A model generated the notes under the pieces. The model was not told the origin of the DNA. It did not search any database and worked only from the letters and a program-made list of their open reading frames with translations. From Diplonema japonicum (Eukaryota > Protista > Euglenozoa: Diplonemea), in contig OZ025721.1 in the NCBI GenBank assembly GCA_964019335.1, forward strand, positions 124,001-188,000: a stretch of DNA of 64,000 nucleotides, read 5' to 3'. Below, piece by piece: positions 9,195 to 20,109 of the stretch; the stretch's first letter is position 1, and each line of letters starts with the position of its first letter. A program made the translations under genes and the position numbers.

Positions 9195-12100
9195 ATGTCC
9201 GTCAGGGACCTGCTGGGGCTGCTTGGGCTGGTCGAAACAAACCCTGGCCCACCCAAGAAGCTGCCGCCCCCGTCGCCTAAGGGTCTCAAGGTTGTCTCGT
9301 GGAACTGCAACGGCCTCGTTGCGAAATGGACCGTCGTATCTCGCCATGCTGACTTCTTGTCGCTGGACATCATCATGATACAGGAGACGCACCTGAGGGA
9401 AGGGCACGACACGCCACACCTGCCTGGGTACAGGTCATACAGGAGGGATCGGTTGACACCGGTGACTGACGGCACTGCGACGAGGGGTGGTGGTATTGTC
9501 ACGTATGTCCGCGACGATCTTGCCTGGAGGAGGTTCCGCACGTACTCCCGGCTGGGGACTGTGTCACTGAGAGACTGGATGTGAGGATCTCCTGCGAGAA
9601 GCGTGAGCCGATCACTCTCTCCAACGTTTACCTTACACCGGTAAGCGCGAGCAGAGGCACGAGGGACCCTGAGTACCTGCGGCCTGGCAGCCTTCCCATG
9701 GGGAAGAACACAGTCATAGCGGGTGACTTCAATGCTCACCACAGCTCCTGGGACGCCACGGTGACGACGCCGAACGAGAGGGGGAACGTGGTCAGGGACT
9801 GGCTGGACACCCACGGGTACACCGTCTACAACGACCGCAACGAACCGACGAGGGACTCGTCACGACACGTTCTGGACCTGGTTGTGGGGCGCTGCGCGAA
9901 GCTTGAGCCGAAGACGCTGGGCACGTGGGGCTCCGATCATAGTCCCGTATCCTTTCACCTGCCTCTTGAGGACGTCTACCGTTCGGAGCGCCCCTTCCCC
10001 ACCTGGAATTTCAAAAAAGCCAGATGGGATGACTACACTGCTGCTGTTGCCCGCCTGCTTGCTGGTGTTGACACGGCGGCTCCGATTGACTCTGTCACGA
10101 AGGGGTTTACACAAGCCCTTTTGACTGCGGCGAACGACCACATTCCCCTCTGTGGGATGCGACGTGGCCCGACCCCCTGGTGGACTGCTGAGCTCGAGGA
10201 CGCCTTCGAAGAGCGGAACACCCTGCGCGAACTCCTGCTTCAAGAGGCGGACGTGGTGGAGGAGTACAGGGCGAAGGTGAAGGAAGTCAACCGACTCCTT
10301 GACGAGACGAAGCGTGAGGCATGGGGAAGGATGGCGGCCGACCTCAGCCGGAGCAAGGACCTCGGGGCTGCGTTCAGAGCGGTGAAGAAGCTGGACGGCA
10401 GGCACCGAAAGACACACCTTCCTGTACTCGAGGGAAGATTTGTGTCGGACAAGGCGAAGGCCGACCGGCTGGGGGCGCACTTCGCTAAGCTCTACGGCAG
10501 GCGTGGTGACGGGAACTCGAAGGACGCCGCTCCTTCTGCAAGCAGACTCGGGTGTCAAGCGTTCACCGTGGACGACCTCACCCGCGGCCTGAGAAGGATG
10601 AAGACGCGCAGCGCGGCCGGGGAAGACGGAATCTTCTCGGAGATGCTCCTACACCTGAACACGGACTCCCTCGGTGTCCTCCTTCTACTCCTCAATCGCT
10701 CCTGGCTGATGGGTGTCGTCCCCGGTGCCTGGAAGAAGGGAGTGATCGTCCCGGTACCGAAACCTGGAAAAGATGCGACTCTCTTGGCTTCCTACCGGCC
10801 GATCTGCCTGACCAGCTGCCTCTGCAAGCTGCTGGAGAGGATGATCGAGGAGAGGCTCACGTTTCTTCTTGACGCGGACGGGACGGGAGTCGAGGGACTC
10901 CACGACAGCCAGGCTGGTTTCAGACGCGGCCGCTCCACGGAGGAGCAGGTGGCAACCCTCACTGAGTGCATGTCGAGGAACAAAGACGATCGACGTCTCT
11001 CGGCCGCTCTGCTGTTCGACTTCTCTTCTGCCTTCGACCTGGTGCCCCATGGTGCCCTGCTGGACAAGATGCGAGGGAAGGGTCTCCCCGAACCCTTCGT
11101 GGAGTGGACGCGGTCCTTTCTATGCGGCCGTACTGCTGCGGTCACGATTGGACGGTCGAGGGGGTCGACAACGAAGGTGCGACGGGGTGTCCCCCAGGGC
11201 TCTGTCTTGGGTCCCATCCTGTACACCATCTACGTCGACGAACTCGCCAGGAGACTGGAGGGACTGGCGGACGTCTCGGTGCTCTACGCCGACGACGTGG
11301 CGGTTGTGATCTCCTCTGGACAAGGGGACGTGGCTGGGCTGGAGCGGAAGGCGCAGGCGGTGGTGGATGCGGTTGAGGACTGGTGCAGGGAGCGTGACAT
11401 GCTGCTGAGCACGTCCAAGACGCAGGCAGTCTGCGTCCCCCCCCAGAAACGTCTCGGGGTCTACTTCACTTCGTCACGAGTCCCCCTTCAGCCAGGTGCC
11501 TTCCAGAACCCACTCTTCGGCCTGGGGGTGAACGCCGATGGCACGATCTCCGGGGACCAGGAGCTGGCGGGCCTTCAGGTTGTGGAGGCGGGTGGTGTGC
11601 GGATCCGCTGCGTGCGGGACATGCATGCAGCCGTGCGACGGCCCGACGTGGATTACGTTGCGGCCCGTCCCCTGCCTCTATCTGAACACGCGAGGTACCT
11701 TGGGGTTACGGTGGACTCTGGGCTCACGTTCGGTGAACACGCACAGGACATCCTACGGCGGGCCAGCAAAAGGCTGAGGGTGCTGAAGCTCTTGTCCGGC
11801 ACGTCCTGGGGCAGCAAGAGGGACACTCTGCGGTCTCTCTACGTTACGTACATCCTCCCGCTGCTGCGCTACTGCATGGGGGTCTACTACAGCAGGCTCG
11901 ATGATGTCGGGAGGAAGGACCTGGCTGGGCTTCACCAGGAGGCGGCGGTGCTGATCACGGGCTGCTGGAGTGGCTCCGGAGGGTACAAGCTCCTAGCTGA
12001 GGCAGGACTGCTTCCCCTCGAAAGAATGGCGGAGGGTGCTGCGGCGACGATGACGGCGAAGGCCTTCTGCTGGCAGTCTTCCCCGGTTCACAGGGAGACG

Positions 12101-13342
12101 GTCAAGCTGAAGCAGGCGAACAGGCTGGGGTGTGGGTGGCTGCGCTCTGGCTACCAAGCACTGCGTCGATGCGGGTTGGAACCAAAGGTGCACTTCGAGT
12201 ACCTGTCGGCTACGCCCCTGGCGGCCCCGTGGCAGACAGGCATGGTCGACTTCAGGACTGACCTCCCCGGCGGGGTCACGCGATCGTCGCCAGACGCGGA
12301 CAGGCGGAAGGCGGCCGAGGCTGCTCTTGCGGCTCTCCCCCCGGGCATCCATGCCTACACGGATGGCTCGGTTGTACAGGTCGGACAGAAGGCGAAAGGT
12401 GGCTCTGGGGTTTATCTGCAGCTGCCTCCCCCCCTGACCCCTGTGTCTGTGTGCCATGGCGTCAACGACTTCTGTTCATCTTTTCGGGCAGAGGGCATGG
12501 CTGTGAAAACGGCGCTGGATATGGTGGCTACCCTCCGAAAAACACACCCTTCGCTGGCGAAGTCCCCGCTGTCGATCTGCACCGACTCCCTCTCCCTCGT
12601 CGAGCAGCTGCGAGCTGGCCCAACGCGACAGAGGGAGAAGCTCGACCACCAGACGTGGAGCCGGCTGGTGTCCGCGGCGCGCACGCAGGGGACACCGGTG
12701 GTCCTCCAGTTTGTGCCCTCCCACTGTGGGGTGGACGGGAACGAGAAGGCTGACGCTCTGGCCGGGGAGGGAACGAAGCGGAAGCAGGACAGGCCCTCCC
12801 TTGACTACCGATCAGTGAGGGCCCTGGTGCGACGGTGGGTGGTGCGGAGGTCCGCGGAGCTCATAACATCCCTCGCCCACAACTACGCGGTGGCGACCGA
12901 GCTTCGGTCTGCGCACTTCCCCCTTGGCTTCCCCAGACAAGCTGAAACGGTCATCTCGCGGCTGCGGATTGGTCACTCGGCTCTCTTCTTCGGCTTCCTG
13001 CAGACTGCTGGCCCGAACAGGAAGCACAAGGGTGTGCTCCGGTGCCCAGCCTGCCACGCAGCACCGATGTCCAGGGAGCATGTTGTCGGTGGGTGCCCTG
13101 TGATCGGGAGGGGGGCGATCGACACTCCTGCTGGTACTCCCTCCCTAGCGTTCTCCCTGTCGAGACGCGTGACCCAGATCTACGACCTCATTGTTGAGTC
13201 TGGCCTGCTCGCCTGGTCACGCTCCGGACTGTTCACCTCGCCATCATCCCTGGCGTCTACAGACGTCACTGCACCTTCAAACGTGCCGCCCCCTCCTCCG
13301 GTCTCTCTTGACGCCGGTCCCGCGGCCCCCGTGCTGCGCTAA
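9195..13342 (+). CDS. Family A ORF2: 2A-like peptide, AP endonuclease, RT, RNase H, CCHC; 1-nt frameshift near 9525
   Basis: SWNCNG, IQETH, GDFNAHH, GSDH (APE); YADD; ORFs 9195-9584 and 9581-13342 rejoin by comparison with family B (ASEEAPFVLP). Confidence 0.9.
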
Positions 13343-13854
13343 GGGATCGCCCGCGTGTGTGTAAAGTGAAATGTTGTGTTTTCCACTTTCCTTTCCCTTC
13401 CTTTCCCTTCCTTCACCTTCCTCTCACTGTTTCCCATTTCCCCTTTTTTTTATTTTCACACTCACCAATGATTCGCTCAATAGGAGCAATACCTCCCTGG
13501 GGGGCTTTCCGCCGGAGGTTCCAGCCAAAGAAGGACATCCAGCTGGAAGGTAGGCCCCCGTTTTTCTCTCACTTGACTGAGGGAATAAGGTAATTCAGCC
13601 CTCTTCGGCTGTCCCAAAGCAGAGCACGGGTTGGTGGGGGACCAGGGCTCCTCCTGCTTGCAGAAGCCTGGTCCATTGCCCTCCCTATTTCCCCATGGTT
13701 TCCCTTCACCTTTTTTTTCCCTTTTCTCAGGTGTTGCTCTCCATGGCGGCCCTGCATTGGTATTTTGAAAAAAAAAAAAAAAAAAGGAATTTAAAAAAAA
13801 GGTGGGGGGTCTGATACACTATCACATAATAAATTTTAATAAAAATTTATAAAA

Positions 13855-15237
13855 ATGGATCAGCAGACCAGCGCGGACGCCTCCACGAGGCCCCCACTGG
13901 ACAGCCTGCAGATGCAGGTGGACGAAGACGCCGCGGCGATGCCAGAGTTAAATCTGGTATTCGAAGAAGAAGAAGAGAAGAAGAAGGAGAAAAAGGACGA
14001 GGTGCGGAAGGGCAACTGGATCATCGGTCCGCTGCCGAAGGGAGTGGAGGAGAAGGGCGCAGCTGCGATTCTCGCAGCAACGGTCTCAGAGCAGACCGAG
14101 AAGGTCGTCATCCTGACGACGGAAGGCGCGTCCTTCCTCCTCTACACCGCACGCACCCCCCCCCACCACACCTGCATCAAGGTGAACGGCGCCACGGCAG
14201 AAGTCCTGCCGGCGATAAAGGTGGCCGACCCCCTGGAGTCCAGGGCTGCAGGAGGGAAGAAGTGGTCGAGGAAGGGGGAAGAAAAAAAAAAAAGAACAAA
14301 AGTCCACCAAGACAGGTACAGCCCAGAAGAATTTCTGGAATTCTACGGCCGGTCGGTAGGGTGGCAGCTCTACTGCAAGGCAGTAGAAGAGTGGAGGAAG
14401 AGGACCGCCACACCCCAAAAAAACACACAGGAGCCCCCCCAACAACAGCAACAACAGGCAACAATCTCGCCAGATATGGTAGCCCAGATGCAGAATCTGC
14501 ATCAAGAAGTTGCGGCGCAGAGGGCCGAACTCTCGGCGCAGAGACAGGAGATCACCGCGCAGAGAGAGGAACTGCAGAGACAGAGGACGTCTCTGGCAGA
14601 AGCACAGTCCAGTTACCCGGCCCTGCAGAAACAGGTCAGTGCGCAAGGGGAGGCGGTGCTGAAGCAGGGGGAAGGACTGGCAGCCGTCCAGACCAGCATC
14701 CAACCCCTGCAGAAACAGGTAAGTGTGCAGGGGGAGGAGCTGCGGAAGCAGGGAGAGGGTCTGGCAGAGATCAGGACCAGCCTCCCGGCTCTGATGGAGC
14801 AGCTGAGGAGTCAACAGGAGGCTCTGGAGAAAGGGGTGCGTGCCATGATGGCCAAGCAGGAGGAGCGGGACGCGAGGGACACCGCCAGAAGAACGGCCCT
14901 AAAGGCCAAAAAGGCCCAAACCACCGCCACACCCACAGCCCCGACACCGTCCAAATTCATCGGACCGGAGCTGGAACCGAACACCCCACAGCAACACCAG
15001 CCATCCTCGGGCTCGGAAACGGAGTTGGAAGACACTCCCGCCGGAGCAAAACCAGGAAGGCGCAGGGGCCAGGAATGGGCCTCTGCAAAGGTGTCGCTGA
15101 AGGCAGCGCCCTACGCACCAGGGGGCTCGAAGGGTTCGAAGGGGACAACCTCCTCCTCCACCTCGACATCGCCGACACCGAGCACACCGGACACAGCGAA
15201 GAAGTCCGGGAAAGGCGGAAAATCAAAGAAGAGGTGA
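13855..15237 (+). CDS. Family C ORF1, coiled-coil protein
   Basis: 460 aa; Q/E-rich heptads with 28-aa repeat (LQKQVSAQGE../LQKQVSVQGE..); basic C-terminus. Confidence 0.8.
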   Translation: MDQQTSADASTRPPLDSLQMQVDEDAAAMPELNLVFEEEEEKKKEKKDEVRKGNWIIGPLPKGVEEKGAAAILAATVSEQTEKVVILTTEGASFLLYTARTPPHHTCIKVNGATAEVLPAIKVADPLESRAAGGKKWSRKGEEKKKRTKVHQDRYSPEEFLEFYGRSVGWQLYCKAVEEWRKRTATPQKNTQEPPQQQQQQATISPDMVAQMQNLHQEVAAQRAELSAQRQEITAQREELQRQRTSLAEAQSSYPALQKQVSAQGEAVLKQGEGLAAVQTSIQPLQKQVSVQGEELRKQGEGLAEIRTSLPALMEQLRSQQEALEKGVRAMMAKQEERDARDTARRTALKAKKAQTTATPTAPTPSKFIGPELEPNTPQQHQPSSGSETELEDTPAGAKPGRRRGQEWASAKVSLKAAPYAPGGSKGSKGTTSSSTSTSPTPSTPDTAKKSGKGGKSKKR

Positions 15238-15740
15238 AAAAGGTGATAAGTTTTTTCCATTTTACCATAATAGATAAGAAAGAAAAAAAAAAGAAAAAAG
15301 AAAGTGTTTCCCTATTAAGCCCCCAACCCCCCAATTCGTCTACAAAAAAAAAAATAATAAAAAAAAAAAAAAAAAAAAAAAACCATAAAAAAAAAAACAA
15401 AAACAAAAAAAAAAACATAAAGAAAATAAAAGAACAAGAGAAAAAAAAAAAAACAACAAAAAAAAAATATAAAAATAAAAAAAAAATAATACACGACGAC
15501 GACGACGACGACGACAACGGGTCACAGCAATGTCATCTCTCTGCGCGAAGGAAGCTCGTACGACTTGGCTACAACTCGCGGCTAAATCCTGGCCGGCCCC
15601 GCACGTATAGGGGTGTCCAAACGGGACAAGGCGTTAGTGGTGGCGACGTAAGGTCTGTTAGGGCCGGCCCCCCCCAAGTCGTACAACCCTATCTTCGAAG
15701 ACCTGAAGGTAGGGGTGACCACAAAGGCAGAGTGACATAC

Positions 15741-18700
15741 ATGCTGAAACGACCCTCGACCACACCGAGAAAGATGCGCAAAGGTTGCGGACCACATGAT
15801 ATGGACATCTTGGCGTGCGGTGACGTCGAGCAGAACCCGGGGCCAGCCGCGAAAGACGGATGGCTGAAGATAGTCTCGCTGAACGTGAGGTCCCTCAGAG
15901 CTAGGAAGGCCGAAATCGAGAAGGCTATCGAAGAAACAGCGCCGGACATCCTGTGTCTCCAAGAGACACACCTAACATCAGACGATGCGATCCACGGCTG
16001 GTTCGAAGGGTACAGAGCTTTCCGAAGAGACAGGACGCGACCGAGAAGGAGGAATTTCCCCATAAAAGGGGGCGGCTTACTGACTCTCGTGAAAGAAGGC
16101 ATCAACGCTAGCGGTGTCGAAAGGAAGGAGAAGAAAAATGACGTGACGGAAAGACTGGACGTCAAAATATACCCGCCAGGTCAAAAGGAGATCCTCCTGG
16201 TGAACATCTACCTTCCACCAACATCGCCGTCAGATCCGAGCGATGACAGACCGAGCATCGACACCTACTTCAACCCGAACACACTCCCGACAGGGGACAG
16301 AACCTTAATCATGGGGGATTTCAACGCCCACCACCCTCTGTGGGACGGGAGAAGAAAGAAAGAGGACCTCATAGGTGACAAAGTCGCAAAGTGGATGATC
16401 GAGAAAGGGATGCGACCCTGGAATGACAAAGCCACACCGACACTATTGAACACAAGAGGTTCCTTATCATCACCGGACCTGGTGATAAGCGGGCCAGACA
16501 TGGACTCTAGATCCTGGACAACCCTCGATTCATGGGGGTCTGACCACATACCCATGTCCATCCGGATAAGAACGAAATACGAAACCGGACCAACCATTAA
16601 GAAATTCAGCTTCAAAAAAGCTGACTGGGAGGGGTACAGAAATCATCTGGAGTACACCCTGAGGCACCTGCAGAGAACAGGAGACCCGGTCAGGCTAAAC
16701 AAGCAGTTCACTGAAGCAGTCAAGGAGGCCGCCAGGCTCTTCATCCCAAGAGGGGGAGCGAGAGGCGGGAAAGCGTGGTGGACTGAAGAGCTGACGCAAC
16801 TGGTTGGAAGAAGAAACGCTCTGAAGAAGGAGATTATGTCGGACATCGGCATCCCATCGATAGAACAATGCGAGAGGCTTGGTGAAATCAGCAGGCAAGT
16901 GCAGAAACAGATCGATGAAGGGAAGAAAAGAGCGTGGGCCGACTACATGAAGGAGCTGTCTCAGAAAAAGGACTTGGGACACGCTTTCAGGACGATAAAA
17001 ACGCTCGATGGCAGGAAGGACAAAGATCCAGTAGCACCACTAATGGCAGGCGGCAAGCTACACACATCGGCGAAGCAAAAAGCAGACGTCCTTGTGGAGC
17101 ACTACGCAAAGGCTTTTGCACCCCACCTTAACAAGGACACAAAGAAGATGCTGGACGGTGAAAACAGGAAGTCCAAAGTGATCAAGGACTTGAGGGACAG
17201 GGTCACTTGCCCAGGGATAAGCATGGAGGAACTGAAGCACGCGCTGAGGCAGTTGAAGAAGGGGAAATCCCCGGGCCCAGACGGTGTCTACAACGAGATG
17301 CTGAAACACCTGGGGGGGACGGCCATGGACACATTACTCCATCTGTTCAATATGTCATGGGAGAAGGGAGTGGTACCATCAGACTGGAGGTTCACGCACA
17401 TAATCCCACTTTACAAAGGAAAGGGCAAGTCAAGAAGTGATCCGGCATCGTACAGACCGATATCGCTAACCTCCAACATTTCAAAGACAATGGAGAGGAT
17501 AGTAAAGATAAGGGTCGACTACCACCAAGACGTGGGAGATGTGAAGAGGGTGCACAAAATGCAGTCAGGTTTCAGGAAAGGGCGCTCCACAGAAGAGAAC
17601 GTCCTGCAAGTGACCACGAAACTGAACCGCATCAGAGACGATGAGTTCTGCGGCGGACTTTTGCTCTTCGACCTGAAAGGAGCCTTCGACACAGTGTGGC
17701 ACAAGGGTCTAAATGCGAAAATGAGGAGTAATGGCTACCCGCAAAGAATTACGGACTGGGTGGCCGCTTTCCTAGACCAGAGGATCGCTGCCGTCAAGGT
17801 GAGTGGCGAAACAGGGAAGCACGAACACATAACGGGTGGGGTTCCACAGGGAACCATCCTTGCCCCAACCCTCTTCTCGATCTACATGGACGACCTCTCA
17901 GAGACGTTCGAAAAGGAGGTCATTGATGCCGTGATGTACGCAGACGACATTGCGGTGGTGCTGCACGAAAAAGACCTGGACAGCTTGAATGGAAAACTGA
18001 TGAAGATCCTGAGGGTTGTGGAGAGCTGGTGCTCGAGAAACTCGATGGTGATCTCCAAGGGAAAGACAGAGTTCCTTCCCGTTGCTGGCATCTCCTATCC
18101 GCAGAGAACACTGAAGGGGAAGATCAGAGCAACTTTCAAGACCGGCGAAGAACTCGAGGTGGTCGAAAAAACAAAGCTGCTCGGAGTCACCTTCGAGGAG
18201 GACATGCTTTTCTCCGAACACTCCAGAGACGTCTTGGAAAGAGGTGAAAGCAGGGTCAGGCTGCTGAGCTGCCTTGCGGGAACGAGATGGGGTTGCAAGA
18301 AGGTGGTGTTGAGGGCTCTATACCTCACATATGTGCAACCAGTCTTCAGATACTGCTTGGGCGTGTACGGGTCATTTCTCCCGAGCGGGAGGAACACGCC
18401 CCACGAAGGCATCAAGAAGCTTCAATACAGGGCAGCGGTGAAGATCACAGGCTGCATCGCGTCATCAGAGACATTCGCGACACTGAACGAAGCGGGGCTG
18501 TGGACCCTGGATGCGCTGATCGAACACGACAGCCTGTTGCTCTACGAGTCACTGATGAGAAAAGTGGACACCGCCGCATACCAGGCGACTCAGCCTCTGG
18601 AGGATCTGACCAGGTACGAGAAGCTCCTACCAAGGAGGACTTGGTCTGACAAACAGAGAGAGGCATCGAAAGCCTACAAACTCCCAGAGAGGACGGGCAC

Positions 18701-19724
18701 ACCTCACTCGGGCGCCGTCTTCATGAGGAGACTCGCGGTTGCACCCTGGCAAAGATTCGAGGGGCAACTCGTGCTCTCCCCCTTCCTAGACACGCAGGTG
18801 AAAAGGACGGACCCAAAAGAGGTCAGGAAAGAGGCAACAACGAACACCCTGAACAGGTTATGCGAGAAACACGGCCGGGCATTCTGCATGGTGTTCACAG
18901 ACGGGTCCGTAAAGGATGGGAAAAACGGAGGCTCGGCCGCCATCCTGCTGCACAACGGGTCCGATGCTGCCTACGGGATCAGCGGTGGACTGTATTCGAC
19001 ATCCTACAAATGCGAACTCAGGGCCCTGAGGCTAGGGATCCGACTGGCGACAAGACTCTCAGAGAGGAAGCTTGCAAGCCAAGGGATGGTTCTGATATGC
19101 ACAGATTCGCAGTCGGTGATACGGAAGATGTGCCAGGGACACATGTCGGCAGCCTCCAAAGATGACTTCGAACTCTGGCAGGAGGTCGCGAGCTTGACAG
19201 GCAGAGGCCACAAGCTAATCGTTCAATACGTCCCGAGTCACTGCGGGTACAAGTGGAACGAGAAGGCGGACCAGAAGGCAAAAGAGGCGAGCGAAAGACT
19301 GGCCCACACCCGTGAGACAGACATTGAGGTGGTTAAAACTCTGGTGAGGAAGCATGTCATCAGAAGCCACCTCCGCCTATGGAAGGATACTGGCGTCACA
19401 AAGACGTACAGGGAGCAGTTTGCCGGAAGTTACGAGAAGTTCGAGGAGCTGGACAGAAAGAAAGAAGTGGCGATCATGAGGCTGAGGGTGGGGAAGAGCC
19501 CACTCACTTGCGGATACCTACTCATACCCCCAGTCGAGGAGGTCCCGTGCCATCTATGTTCGCAACCCCAGACTCTAAGCCACCTCCTACGGGAATGCCA
19601 AGACGGAAAGAGGATCGACCAAAGGAGTCAGATCTTCGGTAGCTCCCTTCCTTCCCTCAAAGTCCTCCTGTCCACCGACGCCTGTAAGACCGCCCAGCTC
19701 TTGGAGCGGCAGGGAACATTGTGA
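15741..19724 (+). CDS. Family C ORF2: 2A peptide, APE, RT, RNase H, CCHC (start uncertain; frame open from 14262)
   Basis: ILACGDVEQNPGP, SLNVRS, LQETH, GDFNAHH, GSDH, GVPQG, YADD, FTDGS, VPSHCG..NEKAD, CHLC..H...C. Confidence 0.92.
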   Translation: MLKRPSTTPRKMRKGCGPHDMDILACGDVEQNPGPAAKDGWLKIVSLNVRSLRARKAEIEKAIEETAPDILCLQETHLTSDDAIHGWFEGYRAFRRDRTRPRRRNFPIKGGGLLTLVKEGINASGVERKEKKNDVTERLDVKIYPPGQKEILLVNIYLPPTSPSDPSDDRPSIDTYFNPNTLPTGDRTLIMGDFNAHHPLWDGRRKKEDLIGDKVAKWMIEKGMRPWNDKATPTLLNTRGSLSSPDLVISGPDMDSRSWTTLDSWGSDHIPMSIRIRTKYETGPTIKKFSFKKADWEGYRNHLEYTLRHLQRTGDPVRLNKQFTEAVKEAARLFIPRGGARGGKAWWTEELTQLVGRRNALKKEIMSDIGIPSIEQCERLGEISRQVQKQIDEGKKRAWADYMKELSQKKDLGHAFRTIKTLDGRKDKDPVAPLMAGGKLHTSAKQKADVLVEHYAKAFAPHLNKDTKKMLDGENRKSKVIKDLRDRVTCPGISMEELKHALRQLKKGKSPGPDGVYNEMLKHLGGTAMDTLLHLFNMSWEKGVVPSDWRFTHIIPLYKGKGKSRSDPASYRPISLTSNISKTMERIVKIRVDYHQDVGDVKRVHKMQSGFRKGRSTEENVLQVTTKLNRIRDDEFCGGLLLFDLKGAFDTVWHKGLNAKMRSNGYPQRITDWVAAFLDQRIAAVKVSGETGKHEHITGGVPQGTILAPTLFSIYMDDLSETFEKEVIDAVMYADDIAVVLHEKDLDSLNGKLMKILRVVESWCSRNSMVISKGKTEFLPVAGISYPQRTLKGKIRATFKTGEELEVVEKTKLLGVTFEEDMLFSEHSRDVLERGESRVRLLSCLAGTRWGCKKVVLRALYLTYVQPVFRYCLGVYGSFLPSGRNTPHEGIKKLQYRAAVKITGCIASSETFATLNEAGLWTLDALIEHDSLLLYESLMRKVDTAAYQATQPLEDLTRYEKLLPRRTWSDKQREASKAYKLPERTGTPHSGAVFMRRLAVAPWQRFEGQLVLSPFLDTQVKRTDPKEVRKEATTNTLNRLCEKHGRAFCMVFTDGSVKDGKNGGSAAILLHNGSDAAYGISGGLYSTSYKCELRALRLGIRLATRLSERKLASQGMVLICTDSQSVIRKMCQGHMSAASKDDFELWQEVASLTGRGHKLIVQYVPSHCGYKWNEKADQKAKEASERLAHTRETDIEVVKTLVRKHVIRSHLRLWKDTGVTKTYREQFAGSYEKFEELDRKKEVAIMRLRVGKSPLTCGYLLIPPVEEVPCHLCSQPQTLSHLLRECQDGKRIDQRSQIFGSSLPSLKVLLSTDACKTAQLLERQGTL

Positions 19725-20048
19725 AAAAACTTATAAATTATAATATGTTATACTCTCCAAACATTGAGGTCTGAAGTTGTTAAACGACTTCAGACAGCAA
19801 TTGTTTCTAACTCAATCTCTCGACTCTGGCTTCACTCCTATCCTTTCTTTTCACCTCCCTCCCCAGTGTCTTCCCTTATTTTCCATTACCAGGCCCCTGT
19901 CCCCCGCCCCCAGTGTTATTCAAATTTTTCACTCACCTTTCATATAGAAAGAAAAAAGAAAAAAAAAAAAAGAAAAAAAAGAAGGACAGATGATTCAAGC
20001 TTCGGTGTACACAATCGAGCTTGATTTGAATTCCTTTATTTTGAGAAA

Positions 20049-20109
<61 letters not shown>

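Larger units (their letters stand above)
7971..13785 (+). mobile_element. Non-LTR retrotransposon family A, copy 2, 5'-truncated within ORF1
   Basis: Starts after GGAATTTCGTC (7960-7970); ends in A-tail followed by GGAATTT (13786-13792). Confidence 0.95.

Noticed and set aside
14262-15740. 1820-aa ORF taken at face value from 14262
   Set aside because: GTG start inside ORF1; the N-terminal part is an alternate frame of T-poor ORF1. Kept only as a frameshift hypothesis.
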